DNA of 64,000 bases from assembly GCA_048886685.1 (NCBI GenBank), contig JBHLKM010000009.1, forward strand, positions 64,001 through 128,000, in the 5' to 3' direction. The notes below the pieces were generated by a model. It had not been told where the DNA came from. It was given only the letters and a program-made list of their open reading frames with translations, and ran no database searches. This document shows positions 9,595 through 19,872 of this stretch, piece by piece. Source of the DNA: Candidatus Hodarchaeota archaeon. Its GTDB lineage: Archaea; Asgardarchaeota; Lokiarchaeia; Sigyniarchaeales; SOKP01. Made by a program: the position numbers and the translations under genes. Every line of letters begins with the position of its first letter. The stretch's first letter is position 1.

Positions 9595-11631
9595 ATGCCC
9601 GAATTAGTTCCTAAGGATTTAAGGTATGCTGAAAATTTAAGGCGTGAGGGAAAACTCCAAGAAGCCCTTGAAGTTATAAGTAAAATTGAAAAGAATGGAA
9701 ACCTCATACCAGCTGATCAATTATCTCTACTTATTTCAAAAGGAAAAATATTATCTTTTTTTCAGCGACATGGGGAAGCAATTAGAATTGGGAAATTAGC
9801 ATATCGTTTAAGTAAAAGTTTGAACAGAACCAATGAAACCATTACTTCCCTTCTTTTTAGAGCAAATTGTGTATTCCTCGGACAATATGACAAAGCACTA
9901 AAGGATCTTTTCAAAGCTGAGAAATTACTTTATTCTCTCTCTGACGTTACACCTTCATATCTCACCAGACAAAGAAAAAACATTTTATTTAGAAAATCAT
10001 GGGCTTATAATCTTAAAGGAGATTCAAATCAAGCATTAGAAGCGGGACTTGAGTGTTTAGAATTACAGGAAAAACTTGGAAATAAAACGGACATTGCATA
10101 CACTTTACAGTTGCTAGGAAACATATATACTGCAAAAGGTGAATATGACTTAGCCTTCGATTATACTTCGAGGAGCTTAACGATTTTTGAAGAAATAGGT
10201 GATCAAATAGGAATAGCAAATACTTTATTTTTACTTGGACAAATTTATTCTTTTAAGGGTGAGCTTAATCAGGCATTAAAATATTGTAAGAAGAGTTTAT
10301 CCTCTAAAATGATCAGCACTGGAACCAAACTCGGCAATTTAAATACTCTAGAAGTAATTTATGAGAATCGAGGTGAAATAGATAAAGCCTTAAGGTATTT
10401 AAAGCAGGGAATTGCTTTAGCAGAGAAAGAAAATTTCTATAATTATTTTGTTCAATTTCAATCTAAAATGGGCGTTATATATGCTTTAAAGGGAGAGTAT
10501 GATCTAGCAATAGAATATCTAAATCCTAGTTTATCACTTGCGGAAAAAATGAATGATTTTGAAGCGATTCTCTATTCATCAGTATATCTGGTTAGTGTAA
10601 ATCTTGAGAGAGATGCTATTGAAGAAGCACAAAAATACTTAGAAAGAGTAAAGAAATATGAAGTTCAAAAGGGTAGCACGCTATTGAGTCATACTTATCT
10701 ACTGTTAAAAGCTATGTTTTTATTAAAAACCGGGGGGAGTCGCAATCGAACAGAAGCAGAAACATTGCTAAAACAAGTAGCTAACGAGGAAACTAATGTA
10801 TACGTAAAAACAGGTTCTCTGATCTATCTTTGTGAGTTTTATATCGAGGAATTAAATCTATTTGAAGATATAGAAGTACTGCAAGAGATTAACCCACTAG
10901 TAGCACAATTATATAAAATTTCAAAGGAACAACGAATGTATCGTTTTTTAGCCGAGGTGAAGTTATTACAAGCAAAAGTAGCATTAATTCAAATGAATTT
11001 TGAAGAAGCACAGCGTTTATTGACACAAGCTCAACTTGTAGCCGAATTGTATGGTATTACGTTTACGGCTCAAAGGATTTCAAGTGAACATGATAATTAC
11101 TTAGAAAAATTAAGTGAATGGAAAAGCCTTAAAGAAAGAGAAGCAACGATATCAGAACGCTTAAAATTAGCCTCAGTTGACGAAGTTTTAGAACGCTTGC
11201 AAGGAAAACGCATGGTAAAACCACCAGAATTGGTTGATGAGGAACCTATTGTGCTTTTAATTATGGATAAGAGTGGGATATCATATTTTAATTATCCATT
11301 TCGGAAAGATTGGGATTTTGAGTGGCTTTTTAGTTCATTCATGTCTGCTTTTGACACTTTTAGCTCTGAAGTTTTTTCTGAGTCGATTGATCGTATCAAA
11401 ATCGGGGAAAATTTAATCCTAATCAACCCGATTGAGTCATTTTTAGTGTGTTATGTAATTAAAGGGCAATCTTATCCAGGTTTACATAAGTTAAATCGTT
11501 TCTCAGAAGCTATTAAAGAGGATACTGAGATTTGGAAAGCATTAAACAGAGCAGTTAAAACAGGTGAAATACTGGAATTAGATAAACTAACATCACTTGG
11601 AGCAATAATAAATGAAATTTTTGCTCAGTAA
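9595..11631 (+). CDS. TPR-repeat protein with C-terminal longin/roadblock-like domain
   Basis: Many TPR units (A..L..LG.IY..KGEYD.A); C-terminal IVLLIMDKSGISYF...LFSSFMSAFDTFSSE...IDRIKIGE pattern typical of longin-like folds. Confidence 0.8.
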   Translation: MPELVPKDLRYAENLRREGKLQEALEVISKIEKNGNLIPADQLSLLISKGKILSFFQRHGEAIRIGKLAYRLSKSLNRTNETITSLLFRANCVFLGQYDKALKDLFKAEKLLYSLSDVTPSYLTRQRKNILFRKSWAYNLKGDSNQALEAGLECLELQEKLGNKTDIAYTLQLLGNIYTAKGEYDLAFDYTSRSLTIFEEIGDQIGIANTLFLLGQIYSFKGELNQALKYCKKSLSSKMISTGTKLGNLNTLEVIYENRGEIDKALRYLKQGIALAEKENFYNYFVQFQSKMGVIYALKGEYDLAIEYLNPSLSLAEKMNDFEAILYSSVYLVSVNLERDAIEEAQKYLERVKKYEVQKGSTLLSHTYLLLKAMFLLKTGGSRNRTEAETLLKQVANEETNVYVKTGSLIYLCEFYIEELNLFEDIEVLQEINPLVAQLYKISKEQRMYRFLAEVKLLQAKVALIQMNFEEAQRLLTQAQLVAELYGITFTAQRISSEHDNYLEKLSEWKSLKEREATISERLKLASVDEVLERLQGKRMVKPPELVDEEPIVLLIMDKSGISYFNYPFRKDWDFEWLFSSFMSAFDTFSSEVFSESIDRIKIGENLILINPIESFLVCYVIKGQSYPGLHKLNRFSEAIKEDTEIWKALNRAVKTGEILELDKLTSLGAIINEIFAQ

Positions 11632-11993
11632 ATTTAATTATTGAGATAAAAAAGTATAAAATATATTTTAATACACATCACTACTCATCTTATTAAATGT
11701 AATTAGAAAGCTTCTACTCCTATTCTATAATTTTCAATGTAAAACTCTACATTTTTTTTGCTGTTGGGAATGACTCCAATTAAAAAATAGAAAAATTACC
11801 TTGGGGATTTTGTTTTTTCATTTATTGATGAGAAAGTCTTACTTTATAACGATAATCTATTAACTACTGTAGAAATCCTTTATCGGAGGAAGAAAACGTG
11901 GTTAACTTGAATAGAAGTGAAATTATTAAATTAATCAATAACTTTATTATCTAATAAGAAACTCTTAAAAAATTATCCAACGTTTTAGATTTC

Positions 11994-12911
11994 ATGAGTA
12001 CTTCTAAATACAGAAAGTTAATAATACTATTTTTTATTTATATCGTTTTTTGGATAGTAATAATAAGTATTCTAGAAATATTATTTAGACCAGTTATTCC
12101 AATAACGTTAACTCGTTTTGTACCTTTAGATGATGTGCTTTTGGAACTTGGAATTATATTCATTATTATACTTCCTCTTTCTGCAATAGTTGGATTATTT
12201 ATTGGGGGTTATCTAATAAGTCCGATTATTTTATACTTACACAAAAAATTTTACGGATCAAAAATGCATTATGGCATTCAACTAGAACAACGAACAGAAA
12301 AACTATTTTCTCAAAGCTTTTTTCCAGTACTAATGGCTATTAATCTTTCCTCTATTTTTTTAACACCTACTATAGTTCAATTTATCTTATCTGCAGATGT
12401 AACAAACACTTTTGACAATATTTCTAAAATCCCTATGTTAACTAGATTCTTCGCCGATGCAATTTTATTAATGTTAACTTTTGGATTAGCTTCAATTTTA
12501 TTTTCTTCAGTTTGGTTTTTAAGAGACTCCGGAATAATTTATTCAAATAAGAAAAAAATAGAGAATTCTACAGAACCAATTGTACTACGTTCCGTAGGAG
12601 ATTGGTTTCAGACAATTCTTAGAAGTTACGCTGGTATTGGGGCTATTATTACTTATATTTTAGTTGTAAACGATTTTATTAATAGGTTTATTGCTAATTA
12701 TGGATTACCTGGAAATATTTTTAACATTCCTAGCTTAGTTTTATGGTTGGGAATGCCATTTTATTTGATAGTAGCTTTAGTGCCAACCATTATCATTAAT
12801 GATTTATTAAAGAAAAAGAGTATAAATTATATTAGAAAGATAAGTAAGAAGTTAGGGATTCAAGACACTGCTGTAATCACTTTTGAATTTAAAAAAGAAA
12901 TAGAGTCTTAA
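11994..12911 (+). CDS. Multi-pass membrane protein of unknown function
   Basis: 305 aa with about 6 hydrophobic segments. Confidence 0.7.
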   Translation: MSTSKYRKLIILFFIYIVFWIVIISILEILFRPVIPITLTRFVPLDDVLLELGIIFIIILPLSAIVGLFIGGYLISPIILYLHKKFYGSKMHYGIQLEQRTEKLFSQSFFPVLMAINLSSIFLTPTIVQFILSADVTNTFDNISKIPMLTRFFADAILLMLTFGLASILFSSVWFLRDSGIIYSNKKKIENSTEPIVLRSVGDWFQTILRSYAGIGAIITYILVVNDFINRFIANYGLPGNIFNIPSLVLWLGMPFYLIVALVPTIIINDLLKKKSINYIRKISKKLGIQDTAVITFEFKKEIES

Positions 12912-13022
12912 ACTAACATTTTTGCTTTCTTAATAAACAATATCACAAAATAGAATGCAAATTCTTTCTATGCCAAATTTTTATCAGTCTAACAAATGAG
13001 ATTGATCCATATGAGCAACCTT

Positions 13023-13233
13023 ATCAACCCGATTGAGTCATTTTTTAGTGTGTTATGAAATTAAAGGGCAATTTTATCCCGGTTTACATAAGTTAAATCA
13101 TTTCTCAAAAGCTATCAAACTTAATCCTGAGATTTGAGAAACTTTGAACGGAGCAGTCCAAACAGGCGAAGTATTGGAATTAGATAAGCACGCAGCTCTC
13201 GGGAATTTAGTAAATGAGATCTTTTCTCCTAAA
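13023..13233 (+). pseudogene. Degenerate copy of the 3' end of a TPR/longin-like gene
   Basis: Aligns with 11422-11631 (atcaacccgattgagtcattttt...); 1-nt insertion and TGG->TGA stop; no 5' part. Confidence 0.85.
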
Positions 13234-13306
13234 ATTCTAATAAATAAATAGTTACTTTTGATATCCTGTCAAATAATTTTTTTTAAACTCGGGTATTATT
13301 TTACAT

Positions 13307-14869
13307 ATGAAAACTTTTGAAGAATATCTTGAGTCACTCTACTCAATGAAAAAGAATATTTGGATAGGTGACGAACTTGTTGGTCGGGATGATCCTCGAA
13401 TAAGAGGGGGGATTAATATCCTGCGCGAAACATACGACCTTGCTCACGATAAGAAATTTGAAGATCTATGTACGGCAACTTCTCACTTAACCGGAGAAAA
13501 AATTAATAGATTTTGCCATATCCACCAGAGTAAAGAGGATTTATTCAAAAAGCAAAGAATGACCAGAGTTTTATGTCACAGAGTTTCGGGTTGTATTCAA
13601 AGATGCATGGGAATAGATGCCCTTAATGCTCTTTCTGTTATTACTTATGAATGCGATCAAGCATTAGGTACGAATTATTATGACAATTTCGAAAAATTCC
13701 TAAAATACTTCCAAGAAAATGACTTAGCGGGTTCTTGTGCATCGACCGATGTTAAGGGTGATCGTTTGAAACGCCCATATCAACAGGAAAATCCAGATGC
13801 ATATTTACGGATTGTTGAAACACGAGATGATGGAATTATAGTACGCGGTGCAAAATGCTGTATCACTAATACACCTTATGTGCATGAGATAATCGCGGTT
13901 CCCTGTAGAATGATGATGCCAGATGATCATGATTATGCCGTTGCTTTTGCAATCCCAGCCGATTGGGACGGTGTGAAATTACTTGTAAGGCCTGCATATT
14001 TTCATCAACCTAAGAATGTTCCCGAGAGTATGAAACCTGCAGCTTTAGCTCTTGGTGACAGTGAAACTTTTATAATATTTGATGATGTGTTCATCCCAAA
14101 GGAGCGAGTCTTTTTAAATGGTCATGCGGATCATAAACAAACACCTTTTGCAGGATTTTTAGCATTAATGTTTGCTCATTATCATCGCCACTCTTATACA
14201 GGTTGTAAAGCAGCAATGTCAGAAGTATTAGCAAGTGCTGCCGCTTTAGTTGCAGAGTATAATGGAATTCAAGACACATCCCATGTAAGAGATAAGATTT
14301 CACATATTTTAGGAACAGCAGAATTAGTTTTTGCCGCAGGTGAATCAAGTGCGCTGCATTCTGAAAGAGCCCCTTCTGGTACTCAAGTTCCAGATGAAAT
14401 TCTCACCAATGCAGGACGTAGACTTGCAGGGGAGCAAATATATGAAGAATACAAGATCTTAGCAGATTTAGCAGGGGGATTAATGGCAACATTACCATTT
14501 CTCGATACCTTCTATAATAAAGAAGTAGGTCCATTAGCAATGAAATATATGCAAAGAAATCCAAGAGTGCCCCCAGAGAATGTTTTGAAATGTTTTAAAG
14601 GAATTGAATGCATCGGATGTTCTGATATTGCAGGTCTTTTGCAGGTTGCAGGTCTTCATGGGGGTGGATCACCCCAGATGGAAACGATTGCAATGATGGG
14701 AAGATATCCATTAGAGAAACTTAAAGATATCGCTAAATATTTGTTCGGGATTAAGAAAAGCTTAAAAAGATTTGAACGACAAGAAGATTATAAGGTAACC
14801 CCAAGGACAATGCTTGAAAAGTTTAGAAAAGCTTTAATAGCAAAACAAAAAAGGGAACAAAAAGCGTAA
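13307..14869 (+). CDS. abfD: 4-hydroxybutyryl-CoA dehydratase family (FAD, 4Fe-4S)
   Basis: GCIQRC (C-x3-C) and HRHSYTGC (H-x6-C) cluster ligands; TDVKGDR; HGGGSP. Confidence 0.8.
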   Translation: MKTFEEYLESLYSMKKNIWIGDELVGRDDPRIRGGINILRETYDLAHDKKFEDLCTATSHLTGEKINRFCHIHQSKEDLFKKQRMTRVLCHRVSGCIQRCMGIDALNALSVITYECDQALGTNYYDNFEKFLKYFQENDLAGSCASTDVKGDRLKRPYQQENPDAYLRIVETRDDGIIVRGAKCCITNTPYVHEIIAVPCRMMMPDDHDYAVAFAIPADWDGVKLLVRPAYFHQPKNVPESMKPAALALGDSETFIIFDDVFIPKERVFLNGHADHKQTPFAGFLALMFAHYHRHSYTGCKAAMSEVLASAAALVAEYNGIQDTSHVRDKISHILGTAELVFAAGESSALHSERAPSGTQVPDEILTNAGRRLAGEQIYEEYKILADLAGGLMATLPFLDTFYNKEVGPLAMKYMQRNPRVPPENVLKCFKGIECIGCSDIAGLLQVAGLHGGGSPQMETIAMMGRYPLEKLKDIAKYLFGIKKSLKRFERQEDYKVTPRTMLEKFRKALIAKQKREQKA

Positions 14870-14889
14870 TATTTCTCTCAGTTATTACC

Positions 14890-15852
14890 TTACAATATAC
14901 ATAAAACGAAAGATTGTGTTTCGGTAAACGATTCCATATGTAGACTTTTATCTTTTTTCAAAAAATCTTCAATAGTAATTCCAGTTTTAAGTATTTCATT
15001 AAATTTTGTTTCGAAGATCTGATAAATATTTCTATTTCGAGAGATATATGATCCAATTAAAATATTTGTTGGATCAAAACTTGGTTGAATAAGTTCACTA
15101 TCTGTAAGGCTAAAATTGCTAAAGCTTTCGTCTGTCACATAAATTTTAAGATTCTTAAATTCAATATTCATGGGATCAACATGTTTAGTAAGAAGTTTAA
15201 ATTCTTCACTATTTACAAGGTCTTTTACAACCTCAGAATGAAAAATAATTTGGACGTTAATAGTTTTAAGATTTTCTTTGATTCTATTCATTCCTGCTTT
15301 CATAGGTCCAGCTATTTCTTCTGGAATATTATTAAGACCATATTCTTGAATCAAATCAATTAAAGGATTGTGATATCTGATACCAATCGCAATTTTACAT
15401 TCTTTTTCAGCTAAAAATGAAGAGTAGCTCTCATCAAAATTTTTCACATCATAATTGATAAATTCAACGGGTTCTTGAGCAACTTGTTCTTCCAAATTGA
15501 AGTTTTTAATAAATGTCGCTAATGAGTTTTCACACTTATCTCTCTTTTCATCAAATTCATTTTGGAGATTCTCTATTCTTTTATTCACGAGATTTTGCCA
15601 TAATCCTAAAATAGGATTTGCGAGATGAATTTTCATTGGTCTATCATATATCTGAACAAGTTCTAAATCGCTGAGCACTGAACAGATTTTGTATCCTCGT
15701 TTTAAAGAGAGACTAAATTGATTACACACATCCTTTAAATTATCAATTCTTTTGTTGATTAGGAGATAATGGTAAATTCTTTCAATACCCTTTTCAATAA
15801 CGCCAACGGAATCAAATAATTGGCTCAGAGATAAATATTTGGTATCTTCCAT
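14890..15852 (-). CDS. TrmB-like transcriptional regulator (N-terminal wHTH)
   Basis: IYHYLL...LKDVCNQFSLSLKRGYKICSVLSDLELV then coiled coil and a C-terminal domain; 4 nt downstream of the GTPase gene. Confidence 0.6.
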   Translation of the reverse strand: MEDTKYLSLSQLFDSVGVIEKGIERIYHYLLINKRIDNLKDVCNQFSLSLKRGYKICSVLSDLELVQIYDRPMKIHLANPILGLWQNLVNKRIENLQNEFDEKRDKCENSLATFIKNFNLEEQVAQEPVEFINYDVKNFDESYSSFLAEKECKIAIGIRYHNPLIDLIQEYGLNNIPEEIAGPMKAGMNRIKENLKTINVQIIFHSEVVKDLVNSEEFKLLTKHVDPMNIEFKNLKIYVTDESFSNFSLTDSELIQPSFDPTNILIGSYISRNRNIYQIFETKFNEILKTGITIEDFLKKDKSLHMESFTETQSFVLCIL

Positions 15853-15856
15853 TAAA

Positions 15857-16387
15857 TCACCTACTATTAATCTTTTCTAATGTCAGTTCGGTAAGGACTT
15901 TAAACGCTTCATTAACATTTAAGTTTTCTTTGGCTGATATTTCAACAAAACTTGCCATTTTATTTTTTTCAGCGATCTGAATGCCATATTCTCTCGGGAC
16001 CTGCCGAGAGGTTTTAGAAAGATCAATTTTAGAACCTACTAGCATTATTGGTATAGTTCCGCCTTTTTGCCTAACAATAGTCATCCATTCTGAAATATTA
16101 TCTAGAGTAGAAGGCCGTGTTATGTCATAAAGTAGAAATGCAGCGTTTGCACCTAAGCAATATGTCGGTAAAAGGAATCTAAAGCGTTCTTCCCCTCCGA
16201 CGTCCCATATTTGAAGTTTTACTTTAGTATTATTCAACTCAATTGTTTTAACATGGAAGTCAACACCAATAGTTAATCTTTCACTAGGGTTGAAAATGTT
16301 ATAACAATAGCGTTTTGTGAATGAAGTTTTTCCAACGGATGCATCTCCAAGGAGAAGAATCTTAAAAGTGTAATCATAATGAGACAT
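15857..16387 (-). CDS. Rab-like small GTPase
   Basis: GDASVGKT, TIGVDF, WDVGGE, SKID, ISAK; no C-terminal Cys tail. Confidence 0.92.
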   Translation of the reverse strand: MSHYDYTFKILLLGDASVGKTSFTKRYCYNIFNPSERLTIGVDFHVKTIELNNTKVKLQIWDVGGEERFRFLLPTYCLGANAAFLLYDITRPSTLDNISEWMTIVRQKGGTIPIMLVGSKIDLSKTSRQVPREYGIQIAEKNKMASFVEISAKENLNVNEAFKVLTELTLEKINSR

Positions 16388-16722
16388 TTTTATGAATCCT
16401 AATTATAATTAGATATATTAATTATTATTTGATCTAATAAATTTTTATAATATTATACCGCTCGATAATTATAATTTTAATGGAAATGAAATCTTATAAA
16501 TGTAGTCTGATTTTCTTTTTGTATAAATCATCAGTACAAACATCCTTTATTAATTCATCAGAGAACAGATTAAAATCGAGTTTTACCATATAAATTAACT
16601 ATTTTTAGAAAGAATAATTAGAACATTTTGCGTGAGAAAAATTGATATATCGAAATTTATAAGTACTTTATATTAAAATAAAAATAATTTAATTTAATAA
16701 AAGCTTTAATAGTCATGAGGCA

Positions 16723-17292
16723 TTAAGCTTTTTTAAAAACTTCTTTAGCTTTTTCTTTAATAACATAATTCGATTCTTTTTCTATAAAACATTTAATTTC
16801 TTTACAAACTAAAGGATTTTTCACCATATTAAAGGTATCCAAGAACCGTAAAACTGCCCACCGAACTGAATCGTCAGGATCATTTAGTAGTGGTAAAATA
16901 TATTTTAAATACTTTTTATCTCCAACCTGTTCGATTTTAAATATTGTTCGTGCTCTAGTAATGAAATCAGGATCATATAAGTATGGAACTAATAGATCTT
17001 CAATCTTATTACTTTTAATAAAATCTAACATAAAATTAAAAATATCTATCTTAAAGTTATGAATTTCATTCGTTTCTTTAATATAGGAATTAATTATATT
17101 TTGAGCTTTTTTACCAATTTTCAGTAGACTCTCAAAGGATATGAAAAAATTATCTGATAATTCTGATTTATCCAATTTCAAGTTATCAAGTAAATATCTA
17201 ATAATTTTGTCGTCAACTTTCGATATTTCTATAATATCCCAATTTAGATCTTCTTCTTCTTCCCAGATTTTATTGTCCCCTAAATAACTCAC
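16723..17292 (-). CDS. HEAT-repeat protein
   Basis: LLNDPDDSVRWAVLRFL and related units. Confidence 0.75.
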   Translation of the reverse strand: MSYLGDNKIWEEEEDLNWDIIEISKVDDKIIRYLLDNLKLDKSELSDNFFISFESLLKIGKKAQNIINSYIKETNEIHNFKIDIFNFMLDFIKSNKIEDLLVPYLYDPDFITRARTIFKIEQVGDKKYLKYILPLLNDPDDSVRWAVLRFLDTFNMVKNPLVCKEIKCFIEKESNYVIKEKAKEVFKKA

Positions 17293-17561
17293 TTAATCAT
17301 CCTACGAAGTTTTTTCTTAATAATTAAAAAAAAATAGGATTTCTCTTTTAATTGATTTATTATTAAAATAGAAATAAATGATTGAATTTGATTTAATTAT
17401 CTCAAATTTTAATAATAAGTTGATAAGAAATTAAATGGTTAATAATATCTATATTCTAGAAAAATTTTTGAATTAAATTTAATTAATAGAATAATAGTTT
17501 ACAAAAAACTAAAAAAGTTTGTAAAATTGAGATTATTCAAAGGTTGGGGTATAAGAGAATT

Positions 17562-17759
17562 CTAAGTTTTCCTTTCCAGAAGATTTTTAACATTATTATA
17601 AAAAATATCTTGTTTTATTTCATGCGAGACTCTCGGTAAAGTTAGAATTTTATCGATTTCTAAGGGTAATGGAGATGCTGTAGGTGAATCTGATCCAAAC
17701 AAGATTTTTTTGTGACCAATAGTCTTTATTAGATTGTAAATGCCAAATGAAACAGAATA
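17562..17759 (-). pseudogene. C-terminal remnant of an amidohydrolase-2 family protein
   Basis: Frame lacking an initiation codon at its 5' end: ...IGHKKILFGSDSP...KQDIFYNNVKNLL..*, matching the family's terminal FGSDxP and I.x.N..ll motifs. Confidence 0.7.
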
Positions 17760-17779
17760 TTAAAAAAAGAATAAAAACT

Positions 17780-18064
17780 CTATAAATTTTTAATTTTTTC
17801 GAGAATCTCTTTTCGATTTCTCTCCCAGTATTTATCAACTCTTCTCTTTACAATCTTTTTTGTTACCTTTTTAACAACGGTTCTCTTCGTCAAAATCCCT
17901 AAAATATTCATAACTTTCTCAACGATAAGAGCCTTTATTATACCTTCAATAGGTTCACCTTTAGATATTCTATCAAGCCATTTTTCAAAGACTTTACCAA
18001 TATTTTGGTCAATTTTCTCTCTTAGCTCTGATGAGACTTCTTCTCCTTGTTCTTCTTCTGCCAA
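17780..18064 (-). CDS. Small hypothetical protein (acidic N-terminus, basic C-terminus)
   Basis: 94-aa ORF, TTG start, protein-like composition. Confidence 0.6.
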   Translation of the reverse strand: MAEEEQGEEVSSELREKIDQNIGKVFEKWLDRISKGEPIEGIIKALIVEKVMNILGILTKRTVVKKVTKKIVKRRVDKYWERNRKEILEKIKNL

Positions 18065-18395
18065 ATTTTATCACTATTGTAGTTTTAATTTAATGATAAT
18101 ATTCACATCATTTAAAATTATAGAACTACTAAATGAATTTATCTTTTGAAATGAAAATCATGTCATTGATTTTTGGATATTCATCAAGAACAATCTTGGT
18201 TTTTCTCCTCTAATCTTTCAAACTCTTCTTCTTGAAAAATATATAAAAGAAAAAAAAAATTATTGTATCGGTCTTTCTTCATATTAGTATATGATTCTTT
18301 CATTTCCTACAGTTATAATATCTTAAAAGAATTTTTATTTACGCAAAAATTATTCATTTTATGTTCTATTCCATATATGAAGAGGTTAGATTTAA

Positions 18396-19829
18396 TTGAC
18401 TGATTTATTCTCAGAAATTGATGATATCTTCCATTCAAAGTCTCTTGCAATTTATGGTGTGAGTAGGAAAGGTGGTTTGGGGAATATTTTATTACAGGGA
18501 TTTATTGATCAAGAATTTCCCAAAATATTTATCGTCAACCCTAGAATAACTGAATCTAATGTTAAAATTATGGGAATCTCTGTTTTTTCAGATTTGAAAT
18601 CCATCGGGGAGCCTATTGATCTGGTTATATGCTCCACTCATCCTAAATTCGTTCAAGAGATCATTACTGAATGTGGTGAAAATGGAGTAAAGACAGTAAT
18701 AATTTTTTCAGCTGGATTTGGGGAAAAAAATGAAGAAGGTAAAAAAGCTGAAAAAGAATTGTTAAAAATTGCTCGAAAATATCAAATGAGGTTAATTGGA
18801 CCTAATTGTATGGGGTTATATTGTCCTAGTTCAAAACTCTCATTCTTTCCATCCTTACCAACAGAATCAGGTTCATTAGGCTTAATTAGCCAAAGTGGTT
18901 CAATTGCCAATATTATGGCATTTGTTTCAATGCTAAAGGGAACATACTTCTCAAAAGCAATAAGTTATGGCAATGGTATTGATTTAGGTTTTAATGATTT
19001 TTTAGAATATTTAGCAGATGACCCTGATACTAAAATAATAGCATGTTACTTGGAAGGCGTTGATGATGGAAGAAGATTCATCGAATTGGTAAAAAAAATT
19101 AAAAAACCTATAATTATTTGGAAGGTGGGGGTGACCTCTGGAGGATCAAGAGCTGCTCATTCACATACAGGGTCTATATGTGGAAATAATGAGTTATGGA
19201 ATACGGTATTTGACCAATATGGAGTGATCAGAGTATATAATTTGGAAGAAATGGTTAGTATGATCCAAGCATTCATTAATCCTATTCCAGTGAGAAATTG
19301 TAGAGTTGCCATTCTTTCAGGACCTGGAGGACCTGCTGTATCTTCAGCTGATGCATGTGAGATGAATAATCTAAAATTGGCAGAATTGACCAATGATTCA
19401 AAATTGAAGCTTGAAAAGGTTATCCCTGAATTCGGCTCAAGTATTTCAAACCCTATAGATTTAAGTCTTCAGGTAGTATTTGATCCAATGTTAGAAAAAA
19501 CCGCATATGAAATAGTTGGGATGGATTCGAATGTTGATATGATGCTTATTTGGCAATCGATGTTAAATCCTCGATATAAGGATTTGATTATGTTGCAAGA
19601 AAAGATTTCTAAGCCAATCGTAATTATTTCTGCCATAGATGTGAATGTTTCGGCAGATTCTTTTAGCAGTACGGCTAAACGATCATTTATACAGATAAGA
19701 GCCAAAAAAGTTCCTAGTTTAATAAAAAATTTGAATCAGAGCGGGATTTCAGTACATCCGAATGAACATTTAGCCGCTAAGGCTTTATATAATATTTATC
19801 AGTTTTATAACAAATCTAAGAAATATTAA
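18396..19829 (+). CDS. ADP-forming acyl-CoA synthetase alpha subunit
   Basis: CoA-binding domain, IGPNCMG, SQSG, phospho-His SHTGS, NPIDL. Confidence 0.85.
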   Translation: MTDLFSEIDDIFHSKSLAIYGVSRKGGLGNILLQGFIDQEFPKIFIVNPRITESNVKIMGISVFSDLKSIGEPIDLVICSTHPKFVQEIITECGENGVKTVIIFSAGFGEKNEEGKKAEKELLKIARKYQMRLIGPNCMGLYCPSSKLSFFPSLPTESGSLGLISQSGSIANIMAFVSMLKGTYFSKAISYGNGIDLGFNDFLEYLADDPDTKIIACYLEGVDDGRRFIELVKKIKKPIIIWKVGVTSGGSRAAHSHTGSICGNNELWNTVFDQYGVIRVYNLEEMVSMIQAFINPIPVRNCRVAILSGPGGPAVSSADACEMNNLKLAELTNDSKLKLEKVIPEFGSSISNPIDLSLQVVFDPMLEKTAYEIVGMDSNVDMMLIWQSMLNPRYKDLIMLQEKISKPIVIISAIDVNVSADSFSSTAKRSFIQIRAKKVPSLIKNLNQSGISVHPNEHLAAKALYNIYQFYNKSKKY

Positions 19830-19872
19830 GGAATAAAATTAGTAATAATGATATAAAATACAGATAGATAAT

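Noticed and set aside
13307-14869. AbfD as evidence of an autotrophic 4-hydroxybutyrate cycle
   Set aside because: The enzyme is also fermentative; no other diagnostic cycle genes are adjacent
16494-16589. 31-aa ORF (MVKLDFNLFSDELIKDVCTDDLYKKKIRLHL) upstream of a GTPase
   Set aside because: No RBS, box or family motif; could be a truncated gene start or chance
17650-17838. 62-aa ORF from the track
   Set aside because: Overlaps the 17780 gene and is out of frame with the recognisable amidohydrolase remnant
18184-18303. 39-aa ORF crossing a T10 run
   Set aside because: No RBS, motif or paralog; shifting frame at the run gives no longer ORF
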